A stretch of 64,000 nucleotides of DNA from an uncultured Bacteroidales bacterium (GTDB lineage Bacteria; Bacteroidota; Bacteroidia; Bacteroidales; CAIWKO01): NCBI GenBank assembly GCA_964626855.1, contig CAZVKJ010000004.1:4869-68868 (forward strand), in the 5' to 3' direction. The stretch's first letter is position 1. Each line of letters opens with the position of its first letter. Below, piece after piece: positions 1 through 9,874 of the stretch. Position numbers and translations under genes: made by a program. Below the pieces are notes generated by a model. The model was not told where the DNA came from. It ran no database searches and worked only from the letters and a program-made list of their open reading frames with translations.

Positions 1-223
1 AAATAAATGTAAACTAAACTTTATGGGGCAATCCGCGGCGATACAGGGCATTTGGCATAGAACGTTCTTTTTATTAACTTTACGGCTGGTGGGACGGGAA
101 ACGGTTTTTATCCGCCAGCGGCGGATGCCGCCGCTTGCCACACTGAGCTGGTAGGATTTATGTGATAAATTAGGTATAAGCAACATAGATAATCGAGTTA
201 CCACCAATGCTAAAAAAACGACA

Positions 224-1135
224 ATGATAAAACAGACAGCAATATTCATTTTGGGTTTGACTTTGATTTTTAATCAAGCGAACGGACAGACATTTAAGAA
301 ACAATTCAATGACTTGGCTTCTAAAAAAGATACCATTGGACAGCAACAACTTTTACAAAAATGGGAAAAGGCTGATAGCAACGATCCTGAACTTTTTGTT
401 GCCTACTTCAATTATTATGTAAATAAAAGCAGAAACGAAATAATAACTCTTGGGCAGAATCCCAAAGGGAAAGACGTTTTGCAGATTATGGACCAAGATA
501 CGTCAAAAAAAGAACCTGTTGGTTTTATCTATGGCGATACTTACTACAATCCTGAATTATTAAGTAAAGGTTTTGACTGGATAAGCAAAGGAATTGAAAT
601 GAACCCAAACAGACTTGATATGCGGTTCGGAAAAATCTATATGTTTGGACAAATTGAAGACTATGAAAACTTTACAAAAGAAATAATCAAAACCATTGAT
701 TACTCAGCAATAAATAATAACAAATGGACCTGGGCTGACAGCAAACCACTTGACGAACCTAAAGACTTTATGTTAGGTTCAATTCAAGATTACCAAGTGC
801 AACTCTACAATACTGAAAATGACAGCCTTCTCAATAACATGAAACGTATTGCTGAGATTGTTTTAAAATATTACCCTGACCATATTGAAAGTTTGTCAAA
901 CCTTTCAGTAGTTTTTATGCTTCAAAAGCAGTATGATAAAGCATTGGAGCTTTTGCTGAAAGCAGAGAAACTTAATCCAAAAGACTACATTGTTTTAAGT
1001 AATATTGCACAAGTGTATAAACAAAAAGGCGATACAAAAAATGCAATTAAATATTACGAACTGACAATAAAATACGGTGACGAACAAGCAAAACAATACT
1101 CAAAAGAACAAATTAAAGAACTAGAAAAGAAATAA
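224..1135 (+). CDS. hypothetical secreted protein with C-terminal TPR-like repeats
   Basis: 303-aa ORF. N-terminal signal-like segment MIKQTAIFILGLTLIFNQANGQ. The C-terminal third reads as TPR-like helix pairs (YDKALELLLKAEKLNPKDY, GDTKNAIKYYELTIKYG). AT-rich. Confidence 0.55.
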   Translation: MIKQTAIFILGLTLIFNQANGQTFKKQFNDLASKKDTIGQQQLLQKWEKADSNDPELFVAYFNYYVNKSRNEIITLGQNPKGKDVLQIMDQDTSKKEPVGFIYGDTYYNPELLSKGFDWISKGIEMNPNRLDMRFGKIYMFGQIEDYENFTKEIIKTIDYSAINNNKWTWADSKPLDEPKDFMLGSIQDYQVQLYNTENDSLLNNMKRIAEIVLKYYPDHIESLSNLSVVFMLQKQYDKALELLLKAEKLNPKDYIVLSNIAQVYKQKGDTKNAIKYYELTIKYGDEQAKQYSKEQIKELEKK

Positions 1136-1288
1136 AAGCACAAAGGCTGTAGGCAATAAGGGGATTAGTGGTATTCGAAGGTTATTAGCCTACTTTAGTT
1201 TTTCGTGTAACTTAATAGGAAATCGCCCCAAATCCCATACTGCATAAAGCCTCCACCGATATACCCAGTATTCAGAATCAAAGATAAT

Positions 1289-1780
1289 ATGAAAATATTT
1301 TTTTATGCTTTAACTATTTTTACTTTCCTCTCAACCAGCACAGCTCAAACGACAAGTGGTAATTATGCCTGCAAGAAAGAGGCGAAAGAATTATGGAGAG
1401 AATTAGCTGACAGCGGAAGGTATCAGGACGCCATCAGGATTTTGCTGGACAGTATTCAGACAAGTAAACAAAAGAATAAAAATGGGACATATTGGCACGT
1501 CGGACAACTTTATGCTTGTAATAATGAATATGCTTTTGCCATTAAATATATGAAAAAATCAACAAGTTTTTTCGACAAAGTTTTTGACAGGGAATGGTGG
1601 TTATATTATAACGGGACAATTGCTTTTCTAAAAAAAGACAAGAAAAAACTAAAGAATTATAATGACAAGTTGTGGAAAAAGCATTCCGGCTACTATTATT
1701 ATAATGCTTGCAAATTGAAAGCATTGTACGAAAATTTTGACAAGCCTTATAGATTAGCTTATGATGTGTCTTGTAAATAA
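1289..1780 (+). CDS. hypothetical secreted protein
   Basis: 163-aa ORF with signal-like N-terminus MKIFFYALTIFTFLSTSTAQ. No recognisable catalytic motif. Confidence 0.45.
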   Translation: MKIFFYALTIFTFLSTSTAQTTSGNYACKKEAKELWRELADSGRYQDAIRILLDSIQTSKQKNKNGTYWHVGQLYACNNEYAFAIKYMKKSTSFFDKVFDREWWLYYNGTIAFLKKDKKKLKNYNDKLWKKHSGYYYYNACKLKALYENFDKPYRLAYDVSCK

Positions 1781-2036
1781 AATTACTGCGCAACTTTCTC
1801 TAATATTCAGCGGCAGTCCAGGGATTCAGACAATAACGTCGTTTTTATTAATCGTTCTGGCGAATGTTAACGTGATGAGATGATTAAACGAGTATTTTCA
1901 GATAACCCCTGTAATAATTTGGCGTTTAAGTCAAACATTGAAAATATGAACATATATTTGGACCGGCATAAAATGAACATCAAAAGCATATATGTGTTTT
2001 TTAATTTGACTATGATACATTAATGAAGTTGCCGTT

Positions 2037-3083
2037 ATGCAAGGTAGAAGTATAGAATTCATTTATTGGTTTGCCTATTTTAATCTCGACTCGCCCAGTG
2101 TACGATACAGGGGCAAATATCCATTAGACTTTTTTAAGGAACATAATGGGATAAACTCTTTCTTTGTGGTTCCTGATTATTCTCCGCGGGGAATAATCTT
2201 TTTTTTAAAAGCGTATTTTTCAGCCCTGTTTTTCAGGAAAAAAAACTCATTAATTGTCATTCAAAGGGTACAGTCGGATTTTATATATGCCAACCTTTTA
2301 AAATTGCTTATCAGGATTCGAAATCACGATACGGTTTATGACCTTGACGATGCCGACTATTTAGAAGTAAATCCCCAATCAATTCATTATTTTGCCAGGC
2401 ACTGCGAAAAAATTTCGGCAGGCAGCAGGCAAATTGAAACCTATTTAAAACGGTTTAACCACAGGATTGTCCATACAAGTTCACCCATTGTTGACCTGGG
2501 AATAGTCAGGAAATCAAAGAATACAAATTTTACGATCGGATGGATAGGCGGATTCGGCGGAGATCATAAAAGAAGCCTTATCGACCTGGTTTTTCCGGCT
2601 ATGAAAGAACTCACTTTTCCTTTTAAAGTTGTTATTCTCGGAGTACAAGATCCCAATGATGCGGAGTTTATCAGGAAATACTTTAAAGATAATCCCAATA
2701 TTGAAATCGAAATCCCGCTGGAAATCAACTGGAATGACGAAGCAGGCCTTCAAAAAAGAATAGTATTATTTGATGTCGGAATAGCAACATTAGCCAATAA
2801 CCAGCTGCAGTTATCCAAATCGGGAATCAAAGTAAAGCAGTATATGAATAATGGAGTCCCTGTATTAAGTACTGACCTGCCGGAAAACAACAGCGTGGTG
2901 GTGGACGGTGTAAACGGGTATTATTGCACCATGGCAAATGATTTTAAACAGAGGCTGATTCAATTCTATCATATGCCTGATGCCGAATATTTACGGTTTC
3001 TACGCAATGCGAGAAAATCAATATGTAACTTTGATCATAACAAATATTTGTCGGATTTTGAAAAGATTAAAAATGATATTTGA
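2037..3083 (+). CDS. putative GT-B glycosyltransferase (family 1/4-like)
   Basis: 348-aa ORF. The C-terminal segment KQYMNNGVPVLSTDLPENNSVVVDGVNGYYC resembles the donor-binding region of group-1 glycosyltransferases. Assignment is by eye only. Confidence 0.5.
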   Translation: MQGRSIEFIYWFAYFNLDSPSVRYRGKYPLDFFKEHNGINSFFVVPDYSPRGIIFFLKAYFSALFFRKKNSLIVIQRVQSDFIYANLLKLLIRIRNHDTVYDLDDADYLEVNPQSIHYFARHCEKISAGSRQIETYLKRFNHRIVHTSSPIVDLGIVRKSKNTNFTIGWIGGFGGDHKRSLIDLVFPAMKELTFPFKVVILGVQDPNDAEFIRKYFKDNPNIEIEIPLEINWNDEAGLQKRIVLFDVGIATLANNQLQLSKSGIKVKQYMNNGVPVLSTDLPENNSVVVDGVNGYYCTMANDFKQRLIQFYHMPDAEYLRFLRNARKSICNFDHNKYLSDFEKIKNDI

Positions 3084-3333
3084 CCATTAACATGAGGCAC
3101 GAGGCCCGTTGAGAAAGCCCCGCAGCTAATAGCCCAGCAGAGTCGTTTTTGATGTTGAACATCATTTGCTGAGATTCACTGAAATCATTATCGTAAAATG
3201 TATGGCGCACTTGGTAAATCTTTGATTTGTAGAAACAAAATCTAAATTTGTATTTTCGTTTTCACACAACACCAAATAATATCAGAAAATATAAGATCAT
3301 CATGTTGAAATAAAAATAATGTCGTATCTTTAA

Positions 3334-3789
3334 ATGAAAAATATGATTTGTTTGCTCAAACAACAGGATTATAATACCTGGATAGCGTTTGCAAAAGAAG
3401 TGGAGCCTCTGTTTGGGCCGATGGCAGATTCTGAGGAATTCAGGGACGGAATAACAAAATGTATTCAAAATAATAATGCATTCGGCATATATAATGACGA
3501 AGGGATTTTAGCCGGAATTATTGCACTGGATAGAGATCATAATGAAATATTATGGTTGGCAGTCGGGAAAAAATTTCGTGGAAATAAGTTTGGAGATAAG
3601 TTAGTCAAAAAGGCTATTGAAGAACTTGAAGTGAACGGCGATATCTATGTTCAGACATTTTCACGAAAAACTGAGGAGGGGAAATATGCCAGAATTATTT
3701 ATGAAAACAACGGGTTTGTTGATTTGAGAGATGCAGGTATAAATCCGGCAAATATTGAAACCGTTATAATGGTTAAAAGGAAAATATAG
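3334..3789 (+). CDS. GNAT family N-acetyltransferase
   Basis: 151-aa ORF. Acetyl-CoA motif-A-like LWLAVGKKFRGNKFGDKLVKKAIEEL and C-terminal YENNGF. Confidence 0.75.
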   Translation: MKNMICLLKQQDYNTWIAFAKEVEPLFGPMADSEEFRDGITKCIQNNNAFGIYNDEGILAGIIALDRDHNEILWLAVGKKFRGNKFGDKLVKKAIEELEVNGDIYVQTFSRKTEEGKYARIIYENNGFVDLRDAGINPANIETVIMVKRKI

Positions 3790-3796
3790 CGTTCGG

Positions 3797-4627
3797 ATGG
3801 AAACACATATTTATAAATCAGATAAAGGCGATATAGAGTACTTATTTGAAGGAAGTGGCCCCATCGTATTGATTTCTCACGGAGTAACCGGGGGCGTCGA
3901 TCAGTGTAAAGGCTTATCCGAAAGATACCTTGGCCTGGGCTACAGGTGTCTGTATGTTTCGCGTTTTGGTTATCTGAATTCTTCATTTCCTGATAACGCG
4001 TCAGCCCGGCTTCAGGCAAAAGCATATAGCGACATGTTGGATTACCTGGGTATCGGCAGCGTTTATATTTTTGGAAATTCAGCCGGGAGTACTTCTGCCT
4101 TACATTTTGCAATAGACTCTCCCGAAAAATGCCAGGGCTTAATACTGGTTTCCCCAAATGTTCCGGGAAACAAAAAGGCCTTACCTCCCAGGCTATTTAT
4201 GAGTTTGATTTTTGGCATTGATTTTTTGTATTGGCCGGTCATTAAGTTATTTGGAAGATATATGTTGCAGATGTTTGTGCCGGTAGCCGTTGAAAGAGCA
4301 TTGACAAAGATTCAGAGAGGCGAGCTGATCGACGAGGTGTTTATGGCTTCTTACCCGATAACAAGACGCACAAAAGGGGTGTTGTTTGATACGTATGTCT
4401 CAAATCCGTCCATTAATGAAGGAATGGCATACGATAAAATAAAGTCGCCGGCATTGATCATCCATGCCGTTGATGATCCTGCACCACCAATTGAAGGTGC
4501 CCGCATACTTTCAAAAAAAATAATGAATAGTAAATTTGTTCCTTTTCAAACTGGCGGACATTTAATATTGAATCACGAAAATGAAATCAAAGATTCCATC
4601 AGGGAGTTCATATGCCGGAAAACATAA
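3797..4627 (+). CDS. alpha/beta hydrolase
   Basis: 276-aa ORF. HGVTGG oxyanion-region motif, nucleophile elbow GNSAGS, and a C-terminal GGHL histidine region. Confidence 0.75.
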   Translation: METHIYKSDKGDIEYLFEGSGPIVLISHGVTGGVDQCKGLSERYLGLGYRCLYVSRFGYLNSSFPDNASARLQAKAYSDMLDYLGIGSVYIFGNSAGSTSALHFAIDSPEKCQGLILVSPNVPGNKKALPPRLFMSLIFGIDFLYWPVIKLFGRYMLQMFVPVAVERALTKIQRGELIDEVFMASYPITRRTKGVLFDTYVSNPSINEGMAYDKIKSPALIIHAVDDPAPPIEGARILSKKIMNSKFVPFQTGGHLILNHENEIKDSIREFICRKT

Positions 4628-4831
4628 CGCCCTTTTATGCATATTAGCCGGCATGTCAACAGATCATATCCTGCGCGGTGTGCGACAGGTTTGCATTTTA
4701 CGTTGGGGTAAATAAATTTTATAACGGGCAATGCATACGCAACCATGGCATACTGCAACAGGTATTACCGCAAGCTGTTAAGTAGTGTCTCATAGAAAAC
4801 ACAATATAAATATTAAACAAGGAGAAAACCA

Positions 4832-5476
4832 ATGAATGTTTTAAGTATTAACGGAAGCCCTGCCGGGCAGGCAAGCAACACAAACATTATGATACAGGCC
4901 GTTTTAAAGGGTTTTGAGTCTGCTTCAAATATCATCAGCAATATATTTCTGTCTGAAAAACATATTGAATATTGTAGGGGCTGCCATTCATGCTGGTTTA
5001 AAACTCCCGGCGAATGCGTCATTCATGATGATATGACGGAAATAATTATACAAATTAAGCACAGTGACGTGGTGATTTTTGGCTCGCCGCTTTACTTCAA
5101 TAATATTTCTGGAACCTTAAAGGTTTTTTTTGACAGGTTGACAGCAATGGGTGGTGATCCGCGTAATAATGCGGCAGGTGAAAACAAGAAGGCAACTTCA
5201 TTTATAATGATCTCAAATTGTGGTTTTCCCTACAGGTCACAATTTGATGTTGTATCTCTCTGGATAAATAATATTTCAAAAATGCTGCAGGTTAATTTAA
5301 TTGCGGAGTTTTATACAACCAATGGAAAGGTGCTGACTCAGGCAAATGAAGATCATGCGTGTCACAGAAACAATTATCTTGAATTTTTGGCAGCCTGTGG
5401 GAATGATATATGTAACAATGGAAGATTGTCAGATGAGTCAAAAGTATTGCTGACCAGGGATATATTAGAGTTTTAA
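4832..5476 (+). CDS. flavodoxin-like FMN reductase / iron-sulfur flavoprotein
   Basis: 214-aa ORF. N-terminal LSINGSP FMN-binding start, Cys cluster CRGCHSC...C, and FGSPLYFNNISGTLKVFFDRL typical of the NADPH-dependent FMN reductase / Isf family. An AAGGAG sequence lies just upstream. Confidence 0.65.
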   Translation: MNVLSINGSPAGQASNTNIMIQAVLKGFESASNIISNIFLSEKHIEYCRGCHSCWFKTPGECVIHDDMTEIIIQIKHSDVVIFGSPLYFNNISGTLKVFFDRLTAMGGDPRNNAAGENKKATSFIMISNCGFPYRSQFDVVSLWINNISKMLQVNLIAEFYTTNGKVLTQANEDHACHRNNYLEFLAACGNDICNNGRLSDESKVLLTRDILEF

Positions 5477-5616
5477 CATTGTTTCAACGCCTCCACCTGC
5501 AAGGTTTTGTCGCTTGCTAATGTTTTTTTTCATTAAAACACAAATAAGTGGCCGAAAAAATTGTTCAATTGATAAATAATGTTGTATCTTTATATAAAAT
5601 TTTAATCAAGGCAGGT

Positions 5617-5624
5617 TAGATTTG
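5617..5624 (+). promoter_or_regulatory. candidate Bacteroidota -7 promoter box (TAGATTTG)
   Basis: Exact match to TAnnTTTG, 33 nt upstream of ATG 5657. Confidence 0.35.
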
Positions 5625-5656
5625 AAATCCTACCGCAAACATTAACATTGATTGAT

Positions 5657-6808
5657 ATGAAAAAGTTTTTGATCGTAATCTTGTTTTTTGTTCAGTATCA
5701 ACTTATGCAGGGACAAAACGTATGGCTACAGAAAGCATCTTATCCGGGTATCAGTGGAAGTTTTTCCGCATGTTTTGTGATGAATAACAAAGCATATGTC
5801 GGCGGAGGTGTGTACACTACGTCCGGCGATTTTTATGAATATGATTATTCATCTGACACATGGACGGCTATGGCAAATATTCCTTCAGATAAGCGGAAAT
5901 TTAAATCTTTTGCACTGGGATCGTATGGTTATGTCGTTACTTCAGATTCATTATTCAGGTATGATATCCCGGCTGATACGTGGCAGGGAATGGGGGTGCT
6001 GCCATTTTCAAATGCAGACAATAGTAAGACGGCATTTTCCTTAAACGGCAAAGGATATGCTGTGTTAGGAAATGATAGTACCGTATGGGAATATGACGCT
6101 GCCGCGAATGCCTGGACACAAAAAAATAATGGGCCGAAAGCCATTGCAGACCCGGCATCTTTTATAATGCAAAATAAGGTTTACTTCGTAGGCGGAGAAA
6201 TTGGCTCTTCGCATATTTCAGATGTCTGGCAATACAGCCCGCAAACGGATCAGTGGGTGCCGAAGGCAGGTTTTCCGGGATACCCACGGTCAGGGAGTGC
6301 AGGATTTAGTATTAATGACAAAGGATACCTTGGATTAGGTATTGGCGTTTCCTGTACCAATGATTTTTGGGAATATAATGATACGACGGATAGCTGGCAG
6401 CAGATCGACAGCATTGCAGAAACATGTAACTTCGGCGCTGTGGGATTTTCAATAGCAAATTCCGGATTTATTGTCAATGGATGTGAACCTTTCGGAGGTT
6501 ATTTACCTTATTTCGGATTATGGGAATACACGAAGCCGTCCCTCGTGATGAATGCAAATGAAAGCAACAGGTACTTTAAAATATACCCCAATCCTGCATC
6601 CGGCTATTTTGTAGTTTCGGGGCCGGTTAAGGGATTAAGCCAGATTGTAGTTGCAGGAACTGACGGGAAAATAGTCTGGTGTAAAAACAGTTTTACAAAT
6701 GATCAGGTAATCATTGATGGTTCCCGTTTCTGTAGCGGGCTCTATAATATTATAATCACAGGAGACAATTTTGTTGAATCGGAAAAAATTGTTATTGAAA
6801 AACATTAA
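5657..6808 (+). CDS. Kelch-repeat beta-propeller protein with T9SS type A C-terminal sorting domain
   Basis: Start moved to ATG 5657 (MKKFLIVILFF signal), because the ORF-track start is a TTG. Repeated blade motifs are present (AYVGGG, VYFVGGE, W/Y spacing). The C-terminal FKIYPNPASGYFVV...GLYNIIITG...KIVIEKH matches Por secretion tail sequences. Confidence 0.7.
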   Translation: MKKFLIVILFFVQYQLMQGQNVWLQKASYPGISGSFSACFVMNNKAYVGGGVYTTSGDFYEYDYSSDTWTAMANIPSDKRKFKSFALGSYGYVVTSDSLFRYDIPADTWQGMGVLPFSNADNSKTAFSLNGKGYAVLGNDSTVWEYDAAANAWTQKNNGPKAIADPASFIMQNKVYFVGGEIGSSHISDVWQYSPQTDQWVPKAGFPGYPRSGSAGFSINDKGYLGLGIGVSCTNDFWEYNDTTDSWQQIDSIAETCNFGAVGFSIANSGFIVNGCEPFGGYLPYFGLWEYTKPSLVMNANESNRYFKIYPNPASGYFVVSGPVKGLSQIVVAGTDGKIVWCKNSFTNDQVIIDGSRFCSGLYNIIITGDNFVESEKIVIEKH

Positions 6809-6999
6809 AGTCCGATAAAAATTAAACTTGTAATAAAGGATGTAAATAAAAGTATCCGTTGTTTTCCTCGGTCATAAAGGAAGAATTGATTTTCAGCAAT
6901 TTACATCCTTTAGGACTGAGGTATAATAAATTGCTGAAAAGCAATTCATGCTATCTTTGCAGTTGGAGTACGACTTTAAGTCGTGCTCCAACTGCAAAA

Positions 7000-9366
7000 T
7001 CAAAACACATTTCTCGAATCCCGTTCCTTTTTTATTTCAATATTTTTTTCCGTTTTGGCTATGGATTTTCCTTTATTGAAACGGAAACTCACTTCAAGCA
7101 TCAGAAAGTTTTTAATGATGCCTACATCATATTTCCTCGACTCTGTGTATAAATCTGTTTTGATATAGGATCCCTGGTACTGTTCAACGCCCCAATTCAG
7201 TGGCACAAAATAAAGCAGCATCACACTCAGCCGTTGCTTGAAAAAAGGCTGCTTCAGAAATATGATCCAGAAGTCGACATCGTCTTTGTTATATCCCTGC
7301 GCCGTAATGCTTTTACGCATGTTCTTCTGGTACTGGAAACCGGTCATCGTATATTTTTTCTGGTTTTGATAAATAAAGCTGCCCAGCATCGCCCAGTCAT
7401 TTACATGGTTTGTTTTGCCTGCATAGTTAATATAGCCGCTGTTTAAGTCGGCATTTGCCTGCAGGAAAAAGACTTTGGCAATGGGAACGGAAAAACGGGC
7501 TTCAACACCGTACTTCCTGTAGTTTCCTGCGTTGCTGTATGTGTATTCAAATATGTTATCCGGACGAAGGGCGCCGGTTTCTGTAATGTAATTATTCGAA
7601 AATTGATAATATGGCTCAATCGTGATAAGCCCTCTGAGGATATTGGTCTGCAGTGAGATTTTGTGTGTTACTTCAGGCTTCAGATTGGGGTTCCCCGTAC
7701 GGATACTGTGTAAATCAATTACAGAAGAAAAAGGGTTGGTCTGGCTGATATTCGGGTAATTGCTTTCCGACCTGTACTTCACCTTAAAATCCAGAGACTT
7801 CCACGGTTGATATTTGATATCGGCATAAGGTTGAAAAATGATGTATGAATTTTTCTGCCCGCCGGCGTTTGGAGAACTTGTTTCAGCTACCCCGCCGAAT
7901 TTTATTCCGAATGTTTTGTTTTTTTGCCACGAAAAGTAAGCATAGAGTTTATTGCGGAAATCAGAATATGTAAATGGGGCGCTCATCGATTCAACAATGT
8001 ATGTACTATGAAGTTTCTGCCATGAATTTCCGTAACCGGCCTGAAGGTTTATTTTGTTTTTAAATGTATGAGCATATTCTAAAAAAAAATCTGTGGTGTT
8101 TTTGTCATCCTTTTCTTCTTCATTTCTGTTGTTGAGCAGGAGGTCTTTATATAGGTTAAAGGTTTGGCACCGGTAATTTGAGAATGTAAAATTCGTATTG
8201 ATTGAATTTTTTTCATCGGGTTTATACTGGTAAAACACAGAGCCGTATGCCGTGGAGGTATTCGATTTATTGCTGGATTCTGCAATATATTGATTGAGGA
8301 TGCCGTTGCTGCCTGTTTCCGTCACAAAATAGTTTTCGGTGGTTTTATTCAGGCTTATGGGCTGTGATGACAAGCTTCCTTCAAAGCTGATGGTCTGTTT
8401 CGGGTTGATATAGTAGTCGGCCCCCAGGGTGTAATTATGGTCAAGCCGTAAAATGTTCAGATTCATGTCATCCTTATTCAAAGGTTCCTTGGTTGTAACA
8501 AAACCGCCGGTATTGTATTCCTGCGTGATGAACGACTGCAGGTTAAAATGAGCAAAACTACTACTGTATTTGGCATACAGATTCACCTTATTATAGACAT
8601 AATTAAATGTTGCTGAAGCCCTGTTCTGGGTAAGAATGTTTCCGGCTTTATGCTCATCGGCATCCAGGGTGGTTTGATCGTAGAGGAAAAGTTCGGTGCC
8701 CTGGTAATCTTTTTTTAGGATGATGTTTATGACAGCCGAATAACCCTCCAGGGCATAACGGCCGCCCGGGTCCCTGATGATCTCGACTTTTTTCATGCGG
8801 TCGGGCGCAAGGTTTTTGACGTATTCCTGGTCTTTTTCAATGCCATCCACCAGTATGATCACCTTTGCATCATTATCAACTTTAATAGAATTATTGTAGT
8901 TGTCGTAAGAAACACCGTTGATTTTATTCAGAACATCTTTAGCGCTGGCGGCACCGGCCTTGAGCTTGTCGGTGACGATCTGCATGTCCCTGTCGAGTTG
9001 GTTTTCGCTTGAGCTTTCCTTTATCGAAACCTCGCTCAGCGTTTTTGAGGTGGGTTCAAGTTTGATTACGCCGAGAAAAACATTTTCATAAACGGGGGTG
9101 AGCGCCGTGGTGTCGGTATTAAAGCCGATAAAACTAAATACGAAGCGGTAAACACCGGGGGATAGGGGGATGTTGAAAAATCCGTTTTGGTCGGTAACGC
9201 CTCCGGTGATTAGGCTGTCTTTTTCATTTAACACGGAGATGGAACAGAACTCAAGCGTGTTCTTTGTCCGGGCATCTTTTACCTGGCCTGTAACATCCGA
9301 TTTTCCGCCTGCCATGATAAATCCGCTGTTGATCAAAAGGAGCACAAATAAAAATATACTTTTCAT
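7000..9366 (-). CDS. outer-membrane beta-barrel receptor-like protein with CarboxypepD_reg N-domain
   Basis: Start moved to the ATG at 9366 (MKSIFLFVLLLINSGFIMA signal). N-terminal GQVKDARTKNTLEFCSISV...GFFNIPLSPGVYRFVFSFIGF is a carboxypeptidase-regulatory-like fold. A plug-like VEIIRDPGGRYALEGYSAVINIILKK follows, then a long Y/N/F-rich beta-strand region ending in an aromatic residue. Confidence 0.7.
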   Translation of the reverse strand: MKSIFLFVLLLINSGFIMAGGKSDVTGQVKDARTKNTLEFCSISVLNEKDSLITGGVTDQNGFFNIPLSPGVYRFVFSFIGFNTDTTALTPVYENVFLGVIKLEPTSKTLSEVSIKESSSENQLDRDMQIVTDKLKAGAASAKDVLNKINGVSYDNYNNSIKVDNDAKVIILVDGIEKDQEYVKNLAPDRMKKVEIIRDPGGRYALEGYSAVINIILKKDYQGTELFLYDQTTLDADEHKAGNILTQNRASATFNYVYNKVNLYAKYSSSFAHFNLQSFITQEYNTGGFVTTKEPLNKDDMNLNILRLDHNYTLGADYYINPKQTISFEGSLSSQPISLNKTTENYFVTETGSNGILNQYIAESSNKSNTSTAYGSVFYQYKPDEKNSINTNFTFSNYRCQTFNLYKDLLLNNRNEEEKDDKNTTDFFLEYAHTFKNKINLQAGYGNSWQKLHSTYIVESMSAPFTYSDFRNKLYAYFSWQKNKTFGIKFGGVAETSSPNAGGQKNSYIIFQPYADIKYQPWKSLDFKVKYRSESNYPNISQTNPFSSVIDLHSIRTGNPNLKPEVTHKISLQTNILRGLITIEPYYQFSNNYITETGALRPDNIFEYTYSNAGNYRKYGVEARFSVPIAKVFFLQANADLNSGYINYAGKTNHVNDWAMLGSFIYQNQKKYTMTGFQYQKNMRKSITAQGYNKDDVDFWIIFLKQPFFKQRLSVMLLYFVPLNWGVEQYQGSYIKTDLYTESRKYDVGIIKNFLMLEVSFRFNKGKSIAKTEKNIEIKKERDSRNVF

Positions 9367-9629
9367 GATAAGGTTTCGTTTTTTTTTCAGATTATTGGAC
9401 ACCCGAAAAATTGAAAAGTTACAGATGGGGATTAATTTTTAGTTTGATCCCAAAAATGCTTGCTCAAATGACCTTTATGCAAGGCCGTGAACCCTCAGTG
9501 TTACTCCGGTTAATGCAAGGTGTTGAACCACAAAGCCCACGGCAGACAAAAGTACAAAAGAAGAATTTTAATGAAAAAAGGATAAATAAATTTTTATATT
9601 CATACATTATTTCGTTAATTTTGTTCTAT

Positions 9630-9719
9630 AATTACAAATACTTACCAATATTTGTAAATGTTTGTAACTTTATGTAAGCGATTTTTTAATAATTTATATG
9701 CAGAATTACAAATACTTAC
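9630..9719. repeat. two copies of AATTACAAATACTTAC, the first inside a palindrome
   Basis: The 16-mer occurs at 9630-9645 and 9704-9719. The first overlaps the palindrome TTACAAATA-n8-TATTTGTAA (9632-9657). Both copies are followed by ATGTTTG. The repeats lie 155-245 bp upstream of the operon start at 9875. Confidence 0.4.
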
Positions 9720-9874
9720 GATGTTTGATAGATAGTATGGACGATAAGAACTAAAGTAACAATAACAGTATTACTGCAACACAAAAGTTAGCAGCAAGTT
9801 TAGAAAAAAGAGAAGTGCGAAGTAAAAATTGATTTATTAGGAAACAGATTATTTAAAACAAAAATACACAAATC

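Noticed and set aside
1-223. Calling the GC-rich structured intergenic elements (1-223, 14946-15078, 51148-51280, 52996-53146) integron attC sites.
   Set aside because: There is no integron integrase or attI in the window, and the flanking cores (GTTACCA, GTTTGCC) do not fit GTTRRRY/RYYYAAC. I kept this as a cautious junction-motif observation rather than an integron call.
6859-7168. Two short plus-strand ORFs overlapping the 3' end of the OM receptor gene.
   Set aside because: They overlap a well-supported minus-strand gene, and their translations have no recognisable features.
9411-9677. 88-aa and 90-aa ORFs in the intergenic region between the OM receptor gene and dtcA.
   Set aside because: Their composition is low-complexity, they span regulatory-looking repeats, and they have no start context. 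They are probably non-coding.
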